This document shows, piece after piece, positions 27,598-41,346 of a DNA stretch of 64,000 nucleotides. The notes beneath the pieces are model-generated. The model did no database searches. It was not told the DNA's origin and worked only from the letters and a program-made list of their open reading frames with translations. The stretch lies in the NCBI RefSeq assembly GCF_006345805.1, contig NC_043026.1:2046001-2110000 (forward strand), written 5' to 3'. Within the stretch, counting starts at the first letter, position 1; every line of letters starts with the position of its first letter. The stretch is from Octopus sinensis (lineage: Eukaryota). Both the position numbers and the translations under genes were made by a program.

Positions 27598-28599
27598 ATA
27601 TATATAGATACTTATTTACTGACTTATTTATAGATATACTACTTTATCAATACAATAATTATATACTATATATGCATGTCAACAAAGACAAAACTATAGA
27701 TCATATATACATATATATATAAGGCATATTACTCTACCCCTGGTATTTGAGTACTCTTTTTTCCACCTTGTTTCACATTTATGTGTTTACTCCGGTATGT
27801 ATATATATATATATATATATTATACAGATCTGTATTAGATAACCATAGATATACACTTACACTCACACAAGTATTAAATAGATGTAGTGAGGTGTGTATT
27901 TGGGGGTAGTTGTGCGCTTGTGCTTATAACATGTTGCTGTGCTGCAACAGTATAATAATAATAATAATAATAATAATAAACGAGACTCGAATGAAGTGCT
28001 TGGTGTAGATGCCTCGAACTCTGCAGTTGAAGTCGGAACTCTCACCAGGGCGCCAGCTGTTTTGAGAAGTCTCTCTTGTTCAGTTGGCTGCTTGTTGGTT
28101 GGGTTGGGCTCATATATCTATAGCCCAACAGTGGTGACATCTGTGGAGCGCCTGCATGTGTGTGTGTGTGTGTGTGTGTGCGTACACCACATACATGTGT
28201 GTATATATATATATATATATATAAGTATATATAATTATATAGGCATGTATGCATGCACATATATACGTGTTGTACGGATGTGGGTTGGGTACGTGTATAA
28301 ATATTTATATACGTGCGCATGAATATATGTGTGTGTATATATATATATATATATGTATATGTATAGTCACACACATCATATGTAAACATACAAGCATGTG
28401 TATGCGTGGCTGTGTACCTGATATGTAGGTGGGGGGAGGGGGTAGAGAGAGGCGAATTGGTCGGCATTGGAGCGTCGGATTGGATTCCCGGTGATGTTTG
28501 TTCTGGCTTTCTGAGTTCAAATCCAACTGAAGTCAACTTAGCTTTTTATCCTCTCCAGGCGAGGTTCATAAACCAAGTTGGCTGCCACGTATCTGAAAT

Positions 28600-28628
28600 C
28601 ACTTCTTCTCCTCCACCTTCTTCTTCTT

Positions 28629-28659
<31 letters not shown>

Positions 28660-28663
28660 TTCT

Positions 28664-28707
<44 letters not shown>

Positions 28708-29971
28708 TACTTCTTCTCCCCCTCTTCTCTCCCCTCCTCTTTCCCCCTCTCTCCTTCTTCTCTCTTCCCTCTCCACTTTCCTCCTCTCCACTTTCTTCCC
28801 ACTTTTCCTTCCTTCCTTTCTTTCTTCTTTTTCTCCCCTTTTTTTTCTTCCCTTTCTTCTCTTCTCCTCTCCCTCCTTTCCTTCTCTCTTCCACTTCTTA
28901 CTCTCCAACTTCTTCTACTTTTCTTTCTTCTCTCTCCATTTCTTCTTTCTTTTCTCCCTCTCTTCTCCACTCCACTTTTTCTTTCTTTTCCTTCCCTCTT
29001 CTTCTTTCTTCTTCTTCTTCTACTTCTTCTCCCCCTCTTCTTCTCTCTGCTTCTCCTTCTCCCTCCACTTTCTCTCTTTTCTTCTTTCCTTCTTCTTCTT
29101 TCTTCTTCTCTTTCTCCGCCCTCCCTTCCCCCCCCCCCCCCTTTCTTCTCGCTTCCACTTTCTTCTTTCTCTTCCCCTCTTCCTCTTCTTCCTTCCATCT
29201 TCTTCTTTCTTCTTCTTCTTCTTCTTTCTCCCCCCCCTCTTCTTCCTCCACTCCACTTTTTTCTTCTTCTTCTTCTTCGTCTTCTTCTTCTTCTGTTTTT
29301 TCTTCTCTTCTTTTCTGTTCTTCTTCTTCTCCCCCCTCCCCTTCCTCCCTCCCCTCCTCTCCCCTTCTCCCCCCTCTTCTCTCCCACTTGTCTTCTTCTT
29401 CTTCTCTTCTCCCCCTCTTCTTCTCCCTCTTTCTTCTTCTCCTCTTCTTCTTCTTCTTCTTCTTCTTCTCCCCCTCTTCTTCTCCCTTTCTTCTTCTTCT
29501 ATTCGTCTTCTTTCTTCTTTTCTTTCTCCCCCTCTTTCTTTCTTCTCTTCTTCTCCCCTTCTATTTTCTTCTTCTTCCTCCACTTTTCCTCCTTCTTTCC
29601 TTCTTTCCTCTTCTTTCTTCTTCTTCTTCTTCTTTCTTCTTTTTTCTTTCTTTTCTTCTTCTTCTTCCCCCCTCTTTTTCCTCCCCCTTCTTCTTTCTCT
29701 TTCTCTCTCTTCTTCTCCTTTCTGCTTCTTCTTTTCTCTTTCTTTCTCCCTTCTCCCCCCGTCTTCTTCTTCTCCACTTTCTTCTTTCTCTTCTCTCTTC
29801 TTTCTCTTCTTTTTTTTGCTTTCTCCTCTTCGTTCTTTCTTTCTTTCTCCCCCACTCTTCTTCTTCTCTCCACTTTCTTCTTCTTCTTCTTCTTATCCTT
29901 CTTCTTTCTTCCTCTTCCTCTTCCTCTACTTCTTCTTCTTGTCCTTCTTCTTCTTCCTCTTCCCTTCTTCT

Positions 29972-30003
<32 letters not shown>

Positions 30004-30090
30004 CCTCTCTCTCTCCCTCTCTCCCCTCTCTCCCCTCCCTCCCTCTCTCTCTCTCCCTCTCTCTCTCCCCTCACCCCTCTCTCTCTTCAC
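28600..30090. repeat. ~1.5-kb polypyrimidine (CTT/CT) low-complexity tract
   Basis: Direct reading. Almost no purines on the plus strand. A shorter purine tract lies at 11990-12295. Confidence 0.97.
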
Positions 30091-30381
30091 ACACACATTG
30101 TAATCAAAAAGTTCGCCTGGTATTAATGTCGGCCTAGACTTCAGTCCCACTGCGTGTCTCCCACTTTCGTCCCAGGCGACCCAAGCCTTGTGGTTGGATT
30201 AGGCAGAGGGAAACTATGTTGAAGCCCGTTGTGTGTGTGTGTGTGTGTGTGTGTTTGTCCGCCACTGCCGCTTGACAACCGGTGCTGGTTTGTTTACGTC
30301 TCCGTAACATTAGCGGTTCGGCAAAAGTAACCGATAGAATAAGTAACAGACTTTATAAAACTAAAAATAAAATAGAATATA

Positions 30382-30569
30382 GGCTCAGGAGTGGCTGTGT
30401 GGTAAGTAGCTTGCCTACCAACCACATGGTTCCGGGTTCAGTCCTACTGCGTGGCACCTTGGGCAAGTGTCTTCTGCTATAGCCTCGGGCCGACCAAAGC
30501 CTTGTGAGTGGATTTGGTAGACGGAAACTGAAAGAAGCCCGTCGTATATATGTATATGTGTGTGTGTGT

Positions 30570-30613
<44 letters not shown>

Positions 30614-30810
30614 TCCCCCTAGCATTGCTTGACAACCGATGCTGGTGTGTTTACGTCCCCGTAACTTAGCGGTTCGGCAAAAGAGACCGATAGAATAAGT
30701 ACTGGGCTTACAAAGAATAAGTCCCGGGGTCGATTTGCTTGACTAAAGGCGGTGCTCCAGCATGGCCGCAGTCAAATGACTGAAACAAGTAAAAGAGTAA
30801 AGAGTAAAGA
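30382..30810 (+). mobile_element. SINE family A, young full-length copy nested in an older copy (30141-30915)
   Basis: CpG-rich intact consensus, with AATAAAATA repeated on both flanks as a likely target duplication. Confidence 0.9.
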
Positions 30811-31313
30811 GAATAAAATAAGTAGTGGGGTCGATTTGTCTCGCAAGCAGAAAAAAAAGCCCCCTTCCAAGCAGTGCCCCAGCATGGCCGCCGTCCAATG
30901 ATTGAATGATAAGATATGTTGCTGAAGTCTGAGACCCTACATACGTTTACATGTACGCACGGCTACGGTGTGTTTATGTAGATGTGAGCTATATTATGAA
31001 GGGATATATATTCACACACACGATTGTTGTACACAAACGCACGGGATTTATAGAGATAAGAGGGGGGCGGTGACGGTGGTTGGTGGAAGGGAAGCGTGCA
31101 GGACCATATTTTGATACGAGGGTCCAAGATACGAACGAGGTTCAGGGTCGATGCTCCTTTGGGTTTTCTTCGTCGCCCCTGTGGGCCAGCAATATAAAAT
31201 ATCTATATAAAGTTATGTACACACACGCATTCTTCTCTCATCTAATTTCATTACACATACACACACACACACCTACCTACCTACATACATGTATGTATGT
31301 ATATATATATACA

Positions 31314-31522
31314 CGAGCGGTTGGTGAAAAGTTCCTGGCTTTAAGGGTAAAAGAAAACTCGGGAGGATCTGTTAATTATGATTTTATTTACCACATTCCT
31401 CTCTCAGATTCGCACACTTTCTGCAGCGGTCCTTCAGTTTTTTCTAAGCAACTTGGAAGGTTGAGCCTCCAACCAAGCTTTTCTCCACACCCTTAAAGCC
31501 AAGAACTTTGCAGCGCCTCCTC
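31314..31522. mobile_element. Mariner-derived MITE
   Basis: TIRs gag.gg..g.tg.aaagttc.tggctttaagggt at both ends. The interior minus strand encodes a mariner-like C-terminus (EKLKDRCRKCANLRGECGK*). Confidence 0.7.
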
Positions 31523-31536
31523 CTCTGTGTGTGTGT

Positions 31537-31588
<52 letters not shown>

Positions 31589-31864
31589 TCTTTTTATCTT
31601 ATCTGTTATCTTTTGTCGGAGGAGCGATGTAAACAAACCAGCATCAGTTTTCAAGCAGTGGTGGGACACACACGCACATAAATAGAACAGATAAGAGAAA
31701 TAGGATAAGAGGGTAGATATTTATGTGCAGGAGTGTGTGTATGATATATGACAGGCTTCATTCAGTTTCCGTTTGCCAAATTCAGTCACAAGGCTATAGA
31801 AGAAGACACTTACCTCTGGGTGCCGTGAAGTAGGGCTGAACCCAAAGCCACAGTTTTAGGTAGG

Positions 31865-31929
<65 letters not shown>

Positions 31930-32017
31930 GGAGATAGATAGATAGAGAGAGAGAGACAGATAGGTAGATAGATAGATAGATAGATAGATAGATGGATGGA
32001 TAGATAGATAGATAGAT

Positions 32018-33645
32018 ATGTTTCTTTATTAGCCACACAGGGCTGCACACAGATAGAACAAATTACAAGGTAGAGCTTTTCTTTTGAAGGTTTAAAAAAA
32101 AAAAAAGGAAGGGGGGAGTTTCGATCAAAAGGGATCGTAAAAGGAGAGAAAGAGGACAAAAAAAAGGGGGGGTTAAAAAAAGGGGGGAGAGGAAAAAAAA
32201 AAATTTTTGATCAATAGGGATCGTTATCACAGAAATGTCAATATGAAGTGTAAAGGGGAGGACAGGTGAGGTTTACCCGTGGAAAGAAAAGCCTACGGAA
32301 AAGACCACGGTAACCTCGGTCAATGGAGTCACATGTTATATTTCTTTTTTTTTTTTTTTTTTTTGCGAATAAGCAACTCTCTGTTTTCAATTTCTGGGTT
32401 CATAGGATTATGCTCAAGGTGGCTTCGTCATTCATACGTGCCATTCTTGCTACATTCACCCATCTTTTTTTAAAACATTCGCTGGACAAAACTTGCCTCT
32501 CTACTCTCACTTTCCTTTTCAAGTGGTATTTGAAGAAGTTGATGAGAGATTGACCAGAGACGAAAGTGTTTGTCTCCAATCCTTTCAGACGCGTCCACCA
32601 GATACATTCTTTCGCCATAGCCACAAGGATGATGAAAATAGCTCTTCCTTCCCGTTTGAAGGAAGGAGGCGTGACAATTGACGATAGACTCAGCTGATAA
32701 ACCGACTCGTCCCACACGTGACAGCAGTTGTTCGACATAAGCCCACAGGTCGAAATTGTTGGACACTGCACGAGTGCGTGCAGAACGGTTTTCGTCTCTC
32801 TGACCGCATCTCGGGCAGGTCGGCCCCGTTTCTCGAGCCGTGTCTGTAGAGCTTATCCCGAACGGGTAGCGCTTCTCGGTAGCAGGCACTGCAGGCCAGG
32901 GATCTCTGGAAGTTGTCCATGGGCCCTGGCCCGAAAGTCGTCCTGAACAGGCGGGTCAGGTACTCCTCGTCGACGTCCAGGTTCGCCCCGAGCTCGTCGT
33001 CGTACCTCCCCTCCACTAAACCCCTATAGAATGCTTTGGTTGTGTTGAAGTCACTCAAGGTCGACCCAGGACGGCAGAGTTGCTTGAGAGCAACGCGACA
33101 CTCGCGGTGCCATTCGCCCTTCCTCGGCCTCTTTTTGATCCACGACTGCAGTTCGGTCATGGAGACGAGCTGCGGGAAAGCGTGCCTCACAAACGGCGAC
33201 CACACCTGTTCACCGTCGTCTACATAGAGCCAGAGATGTCGCAGTCTCAGCGCGTGTCTGCGCATCATCAACCACGGCATGCCCAGCCCTCCTTTTAACG
33301 GGTGTTGACAGCAAATGGATCGCCTGACCATCGGGACGCATCCTTTCCACAAGAAGCGAAAGAGAATGCGTTGTAGTTTGGTGATGGTAGGGTCGGGACA
33401 AGGTACGACGGTCAGGCGATGTACGTGTTCGCCACCTCCGCCCGACCTTTTAGGGACAGTTTCCTCTCGGCCCATTGACGGGCGAGAGTGACCACCCTAC
33501 TCGTTATCTCGTTCCAGTTCTTCTCCACTTGGAGGTCCGGACCAAACCAGACCCCGAGCAACTCAACCGGGCCGTCGGTCCAGCGTCCCACGACGGAGGC
33601 GCTGGTGGACGGCATGGGCTTGCTTCTCCAGGTGCCTAGTCGCAA
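32018..33645 (-). mobile_element. 5'-truncated Tx1/L1-clade LINE (ORF2 C-terminal part + 3'UTR)
   Basis: Frameshifted ORFs [12 protein letters not shown]...[36 protein letters not shown] and a CPRCG..E...H..C knuckle. GC-rich. The 3'UTR ends AATAAAGAAACATA directly into (TCTA)n. Confidence 0.9.
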
Positions 33646-33674
33646 GATAGATAGAGAGAAAGATAGATAAATAG

Positions 33675-33711
<37 letters not shown>

Positions 33712-33783
33712 CAGAGAGAGAGAGAGAGACAGACAGATAGGTAGATAGATAGATAGATAGATGGATGGATGGATGGATGGATG

Positions 33784-33823
<40 letters not shown>

Positions 33824-33860
33824 TAGATAGATAGATAGATAGATAGACAGATAGAGAGAC

Positions 33861-33929
<69 letters not shown>

Positions 33930-34433
33930 GATATATAGATGTGTGTGTCTGTGTGTAAACTCGGAATACCTTAAAAAAAACTTTAAAATATACTTAAAAA
34001 AAACTCAAAAGTGCTTGGGTTTCATGCTGAATTTCTCTCTCTCTCTCCCTCTTTCTTTCTATTGTCTATAAGATATTTCTCAAATTTTGCCATTATTCCT
34101 AAACAACAAAACCCGTAAGGCATTAAACATCTTGGAACCTTTTTGGCCGATCTCATCATCTGAAACAATAGCAACATTTTTGCGTGTTGTTTTGGCTGAA
34201 GCCGTAACCGTCAGCTGGTGTGATGACCGGATGACTATCACCGAAACATCGAGATGCTTGCCAGGCGACTTCTGTCCAGTCTCCTCTGATTTCCTTTATG
34301 CGGCATAAATGACGTCTGTTTGTTTATTGACAAGCGCCTTCTACTGTGACCCCCGGTACAAGCAACCACTTGAGTGGATTTGGTTGACGGAAACTGAAAG
34401 AAGCCGGTCGTACAGATAGACAGATAGATAAAG

Positions 34434-34516
<83 letters not shown>

Positions 34517-34555
34517 TAGGTAGATAGATAGATGGATGGATAGATAGATAGATAG

Positions 34556-34590
<35 letters not shown>

Positions 34591-34636
34591 CAGATAGGTA
34601 GATAGATAGATAGATAGATGGATGGATGGATGGATG

Positions 34637-34703
<67 letters not shown>

Positions 34704-34791
34704 AGACAGATAGAGAGACAGACAGATAGATAGAGATAGATAGAATAGATAGATAGATAGATAGATGAGATAGATAGACAGATAGAGAGAC

Positions 34792-34829
<38 letters not shown>

Positions 34830-34895
34830 GTGGATGGATGGATGGATGGATGGATGGATGGATGGATGGATGGATAGATAGATAGATAGATAGAT

Positions 34896-35059
34896 ATGTT
34901 TCTTTATTAGCCACACAGGGTTGCACACAGACAGAACAAAATTACAAGGTAGAGCTTTTCTTTTGGGGGTAAAAGAAGGGGGTTTGGTTTTCGATCAAAA
35001 GGGATCGTAAATGAAAAGAAAGAGGACAAAAAAAGGGGGGGGATAAAATAAAAAAAAAA
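34896..35059 (-). mobile_element. Second, very short 3' copy of the same Tx1-like LINE
   Basis: Near-identical to 32018-32180 with the same junction to (GATA)n. Confidence 0.85.
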
Positions 35060-35140
35060 GATAGATAGATAGATAGAACATACACACAAGGCTTCTTTCA
35101 GTTTCCGCCTACAAAATCCACTTACAAAGCTTTGGTATGC

Positions 35141-35175
<35 letters not shown>

Positions 35176-35687
35176 GACTGGCTTCTATCGTTTTCCATCT
35201 ACCAAATCCAGGCTTTTGCCTGCCTGGGGCTATAGTAGAAGACCCATGTCCAAGATGCCATGCAGTAGTACTGAACTCAGACTCCTGTGGTTGAGAAGCA
35301 AACTTCTTACCACCCAGCCATGTGTGTGGATGGGTTGGTGGCGGTTATCATAGTACTTGTGTTTGCCCCCTCCCCCAAAGCTAGGAACCGGTGTCGCTTT
35401 GTTTACGTCCCCCGTATAAGCTAGCGGTTCGGTCAAAGTGACCGAGAGGATACTAAGCTACAAATAATAATAATAATAGTTATTGGGTGGTCGATTTGTT
35501 CGACCAAATCCTTCCCGGCAGTGCCCCATCATGGCCGCAGTCAGATGGCTGACACAAGTAAAGGAAAAGAAGAAAGACAAACTTAAAGTCATAGCCCCGA
35601 CCACCTGCCGAGGCGTTTTGCCTTCTCGCTTGGAAGAACTAAAATTGTTCTACTTAAGTTCATGTGCACCAATCGCGTATAAGCTTC

Positions 35688-35719
<32 letters not shown>

Positions 35720-36339
35720 TGTGTGTGTGTGTGTGTGTTGTGTGTGTGCACGCGTATAAATATTGAATTTCGACTGGCATCTTAGATGTGACTGTGGGAT
35801 TAAGAAGTTTGCTTTACAACCATGTGCTCTTGGGTTCAGTGCCATTGCGCGGCACCTCGGGCAAGTCTTTTACTTCAGCCCTGGTGGGCAAAACCAATGC
35901 TTTGTAAAGTGGAATTTGTAGGCGGAAACTGAAAGAAGCCTTATGTGTATGTTCTGTATGTGTATATTCTATGTGTGTGTGTGACTGCCTTTGTGTTAGT
36001 TCCCGACCACCGCTTGACAACCGGTGTTAGTTTGTTCACGTCCTTATAACTTGACGGTATGGAAAAAGCGACAAATTGAATAAGTACTAAGCTTTATATA
36101 TATAAAAAAAAGTTCTGGGGTCGGTTCGTTAGAATTAAACCCTTCAAGGCAGTGCCCCCAGTATAGCAGCAGTTCAATGAGTGAAGCAATGAAAGGATAA
36201 AAAGATCTTATATCACGGTTTAGAGAGAGTGGGGACAAACGGACAGACAAACAGACAGAAAGAAAGAGAGAGAGAGCGTGGAAGTCAGTAGACACACAGA
36301 CACAGCAATTACTTAGAGTTCCAAGATAAATGTGACGGG

Positions 36340-36942
36340 TGGGTCTGGTACGCAACGTGTGTGATGTTTCTGAGGTCTCCAGTTGTTCCGAGTATTTCAG
36401 TATCAGACTCCTATCCCCCGGTTGCACCAACCGTGGGGGGGGGGGTGATCAAATCCCAATTTACATCTCAATAGCAGCAGGCCACTAATCTTTGGATAAA
36501 TCCCAAACCAAGAGGCCCCTCTCTGTATTCTGCATCTTCAATGATGGAATCTACGGGACCTCTTCTTTGTTGCTCCAGCCGGGGGTTGTTGATCATGTCC
36601 CAACTTACATCCAACAGCAGCAGACCGCTTTATCCAAAGCCAGGTGACCGTCTTCGGTGATAGAATTTATGGCCCTCTTCTCAGTAACCCCAAAGCCAGT
36701 CAGATTTTTGCAAAGTGAATGCCCCCCGCACAGCCCAGTTACCACGTTTCAATTGCATCGCAGCGTGCTCCCCAGCCATGGTTTCTGCACTGCTCGTCCT
36801 ACCGTTTGGCCAGCTTCTTCTAATAAACCTCCGTTACATGTTCTTCCTTGGGCACAGTTAGTTCCCACACCATCACTTATCCGGGTGGAATTTGAGAAGA
36901 TAACTTATGTCTGAGCTGTCTCTAGCTTCCTCTCCGTTTATT

Positions 36943-37004
<62 letters not shown>

Positions 37005-37340
37005 TCTCTCTAGTTTAAGTGTTCAATGAGATCCTTCTCAACCACAAGTCTGGGTCTGTTGAATGTATGTATGGGCGATGATATTTCAGGGAACTCAGCT
37101 TCGCTCCAGCTTTGAAAAGACGAGGGCCTCCTTCCTGGGGTTTACTTGTTGTTTTCACCTTGAGGACCTGATCCGGCCACCACTTGTAGCACTCACCAGT
37201 TAAAGCTCTGGAGTTGTTGCTGAGGCGATATTGAAGGGATTCCCTTTCAGTACTCAAAAGACAGGAAAGTGTTTCATTCTTGCTCCAGGTGCGAAGGTTT
37301 GGTAAAGCAACGTAGGCAGCCCGAATCAATAAGTTTAAAC
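36340..37340 (-). mobile_element. Decayed RLE-type (Hero/NeSL-like) non-LTR retrotransposon 3' end, interrupted by (GA)n at 36942-37011
   Basis: LLIRAAYVALPNLRTWSKNETLSCLL...RALTGECYKWWPDQVLK (zinc-knuckle/RHD region) and WELTVPKEEH...KKLAK...CRNHGW (restriction-like endonuclease motif). Confidence 0.7.
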
Positions 37341-37666
37341 ATATTTGATAATAAAAAAAAAACCCAAAAAACAAAAGAGACTTAGAAAACAAATGCATGC
37401 GCGTGTGTGGAACTTGGCAACGTGATAACTGGGATAAACATAAGCCGATGTTTATAATAGGTATGCATGCCAAGGCGGCGAACTGGCAGAATCTAGCGGC
37501 ATTTCGTCTGTCTTTACGTTATGAGTTCAAATTCTGCCGAGGTCGACTTTGCCTTTTATCCTTTCGGAGTCGATAAATTAAGTACCAGTTGTGTACTGAG
37601 GTCAATCTAATCGACTGGCTCCCTTCCCCAAAATTTTGGGCCTTGTGCCTAGAGTAGAAAAGAATA

Positions 37667-38187
37667 CTGTAAATCTTCGTGTGTAGTCCACCCATGTGTA
37701 TAAAACGCAGGGGATTTTTAGGGAGCTGTACCTCTGAAAAACCTAAACCTTGTGTATAATACGCACCACTTCTCTAACTTGAGTCGTGCGTAATTAAGCC
37801 AGCAGCACCTAGTCGAACAAACACTTCCGCGCATGCGTAATACAATAATGGTGATGTTCTTAACTGTTATATGGGAATGTAAATATGTTTGCAAATTGTT
37901 TTTGTTACATGTTATTCTGTGTTCTGAATACTTTTATTTTAATAAATGTTGCTTACTGCAAGTTATGGATGATTCTTTTATGACTTCATTGCTTTCAGGC
38001 TTAGCTGAAGGTATTTTCGTACCCGGCATCACAAAATGCGTCTGAATAAACATTGCCGGACAGCAAATAGAGACTCGGACATTGCTAAGAAAATATTTTT
38101 CATTTTTAACCTCGTATATAGTACGCACTAGGGATTCTGACCTTTAAATTTTGGGGGAAAATGCGGATTATACTCGAGGATTTACGG
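37667..38187. mobile_element. Pogo/Tigger-like MITE with TA target duplication
   Basis: TA-CTGTAAATCTTCGTGTGTAGTCCAC ... GCGGATTATACTCGAGGATTTACGG-TA inverted ends. Confidence 0.7.
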
Positions 38188-39723
38188 TATGTATGTATGC
38201 GTTTTCATGTGCATGGTGCATCACTGTCACCCGCAATAATATTCTACTATCCATACGACACCGGTTTAAAATTTTAGCATAACTTGGGTGGGAGGGGACA
38301 AGAAACTCCAATGCGGGTTACTACACTTGACCTAGTTAATATCCTACCAACCATGGCATTTCTTTTCATTTTTTCTTTCTGATAGTTTTTTTTTTTTTGT
38401 ATAGCGTAATAAAGACTATAACGTGCATGAGCGACCATCTGTGAAAAGCAGGCCGCATGAGACATGGCTCAAGTTGAGACGAGTTGCTCTACAAAGACAT
38501 TTCAAAATAATTTTTTGGGTAGGCGTGCCATTTAGAAAGTGCTGAGGGTCGCAGTTTGCCGAAAACCAGACTATATAGTTAGGACTAAGCTTTGTCGAGG
38601 TCAACAACTTTCGGCTTACAGACTAACTACATTCATAAAATAACAAATTTGAAATGTGGGTAGTGTATTACCGATATTGATTTCAAATTTTGGCACAATG
38701 CTAGCAAATCCGGGGGAGAGGCTAAGTCGATTCCATCGACCCCCAGTACTCAACTAGTACTTGTTTTATCGTCCCGAAAGGATAAAGGGCACAGTCGACC
38801 ACGGCAGAATTTGAACCTAGAACGTGAAGGCGGACGAAATGCCGCAACGCATGCTAACGAGTCTACCAATTCGCCCACTTTGAGGTATTAACAATATTTT
38901 TAAAAAATAATTTTAGCAAAACTATTTTTGCACCCTCTGGATAATGACCAGACCCTAGAAATTTAGGCGACTCTGAAAGTGTTGTGATCGACGTGAATAA
39001 ATCATGGCAAAATCGTGACGATGGCAGACGCAGACGTTGCCATCCTCGATCTCAGAGAAATAACCATCAATCGGAGATATGAGAGCTATTAGGGAGGTGC
39101 GCCAAATTTCTCTTCTCGTGACGGACATTGTTTCTCGCTTCTTCAAGCGGTAAACTGGAGAAATCGACGCCAGACCCTAACTTGGGTCAAACCCTGACTG
39201 GGCGAGAATCGCAAATTGGCAATGCACATTCAAAAACCACTTAAGTATAAAGAGGTACGAACATTTTTCTGTAAGATTCCAATAACTTGGAATTCAATAC
39301 AAAACACTCAGGTCCCTTTTCGAAACTAAATTAGTGGGAGCATCCTGCGCCCTCGAACCGCCTTACTTTTTCTATCTGTTTGAAGCAGAGATTACCTACA
39401 GTGAATATGTGCAGACCCCAAGGGGACTGACCCCTTCAGCGCATCCCCAGCGCTTTTCTTCGGGGAAAACACTCGGATGATTCGCTAAAATCGTGGTCAG
39501 CAAGAAAGCTTGTTTTATGTGTTCTTCTACTTGCTGCAGTCATTTGACTGCGGCCATGCTGGAGCAACGTCTTTTAGTCGAAGACGTCGACACCAGGACT
39601 AACAAGTAATTATTTTATCGCTCTCTTTTGCCGAACCGCTAAGTTACGCGGACGCAAACACATCAACATCGATCGTCAAGCGATGGTGGGGAGACAAACA
39701 CACACACACACACACCACACACA

Positions 39724-39776
<53 letters not shown>

Positions 39777-40067
39777 CAGGTTTCTTTCAGTTTCTGTCGA
39801 CAAAATTCACTGACAAGACTTTGGTAGGCTCGAGGCTGTAGTAGAAGACACCTGTCCAATGTGGCACGCAGTGGGACTGAACCCAGAATCATGTGGTTGG
39901 GAAGAAAGCCTCCGCCGAGATGAATATCTTTTAATGACATTTTCTACAAATACCTTTTCAGATGGGGTACATTACAAATATATCGGAATTTAATGCGAAA
40001 ATAGGAAAAATTGGTTAGCGGGCACTCGAATATGCTGACACACCCATTAAACACATTTGTTCAAATT

Positions 40068-40167
40068 NNNNNNNNNNNNNNNNNNNNNNNNNNNNNNNNN
40101 NNNNNNNNNNNNNNNNNNNNNNNNNNNNNNNNNNNNNNNNNNNNNNNNNNNNNNNNNNNNNNNNNNN
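40068..40167. other. Assembly gap (100 N)
   Basis: Run of N. Confidence 1.
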
Positions 40168-40792
40168 AGATAGGAGTGTGTTCGTTTCTTACATCTCTAT
40201 GGTATTATGTGTATGTTTATGTATGTATGTTCTTTTCTTACATGTCTATATTAATGTATTTAGATGTGAGAAGGCATGTGGCCCAGTGGTTAGGTTGATT
40301 GCCACATCGTGGGTTCAATTCCTGCCTGGGTTGTACACTGTGTTCTTGAGCAAAACCCTTCATTCCACCTTATTCCAGTTCTCTTTTCAATCGGTGAGGA
40401 ATGCTGGCCTGCTAGCCTGGCCAGTGGGGTGGTGTTATCTGAAGGCTAGAGCAATGAAAAAGCGCATTGTGATCAGCGATGTGTAACAACATCTGATAGC
40501 CTGGTCAGTCATGTGATAACATGTTACACACACACACACACACACACACGCACATACATATACACACACACACACACATATAGGTGCAGAAGCTTGCTTC
40601 CCAATCACATGGTCCCAGGTTCAGTCCCACTGTGTGGCACCTTGGGCAAGTATCTTCTACAATAACCTTGAGCTGATCAAAGCCGTGTGAATGGATTTGA
40701 TAGATGGAAACTGAAAAGAATCCCACTGTATATGTGTTTGTGTATGCATAGTTATGTGTGTGTATAGTTGTGTGTGTGTTTGTCTCCCCATC

Positions 40793-41025
40793 TATTTCTT
40801 TACTACCCACAAGGGGCTAAACACAGAGGGGACAAACAAGGACAGACAAACAGATTAAGTCGATTATATTGACCCCAGTGTGTAACTGGTACTCATTTAA
40901 TCAACCCAGAAAGGATGAAAGGCAAAGTCGACCTCAGTGGAATTCGAACTCAGAACGTAACGGCAGACGAAATACCGCTAAACATTTCGCCCGGCTTGCT
41001 AACGATTCTGCCAGCTCACCGCCCT
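40793..41025 (-). mobile_element. SINE family B (ggcg.gagctggcagaatcgttagc...gagttc.aattcc.ccgaggtcgactttgcctttcatcc)
   Basis: tRNA-like head. Copies at 10940-11105, 22625-22980 (two in tandem), 37473-37664, 38690-38875 and 43393-43620, with a cluster at 59985-60810. Confidence 0.85.
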
Positions 41026-41235
41026 ATGGCAACCAGTGTTGGTGTATTTACATCTACATAACTTAGCAGTTCAGCAAAAGCGACCGATAGAATAAGTACT
41101 AGGCTAGGGTTGATTTGTTTGACTAAAAAACCCTTCAAGACAGTACTCCAGCATGGCCACAGTCAAAAATGACTGGAACAAGTAAGAGAAGAAAAGAATA
41201 TATCATGTAATTTGTTGGCCATTGACCCTCCTGAG

Positions 41236-41346
41236 TTCGTCCACCCTTTCATCCACCCTTTCGTCCACCCTTTCGTCCACCCTTTCATCCACCCTTTCAT
41301 CCACCCTTTCATCCACCCTTTCGTCCACCCTTTCGTCCACCCTTTC
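41236..41346 (+). repeat. 12-bp minisatellite (TTCRTCCACCCT) x ~9
   Basis: Direct reading. Confidence 0.95.

Noticed and set aside
28406-30150. 565-aa and 519-aa S/F/L/P-rich ORFs and the opposite-strand R/E/K ORFs
   Set aside because: Polypyrimidine tract lacking stop codons by composition; possibly inflated by sequencing noise.
33960-34325. PiggyBac-like Cys-rich C-terminal remnant on the minus strand
   Set aside because: Only a vague HP...CCYC pattern with stops; no TTAA/TIR pair identified.
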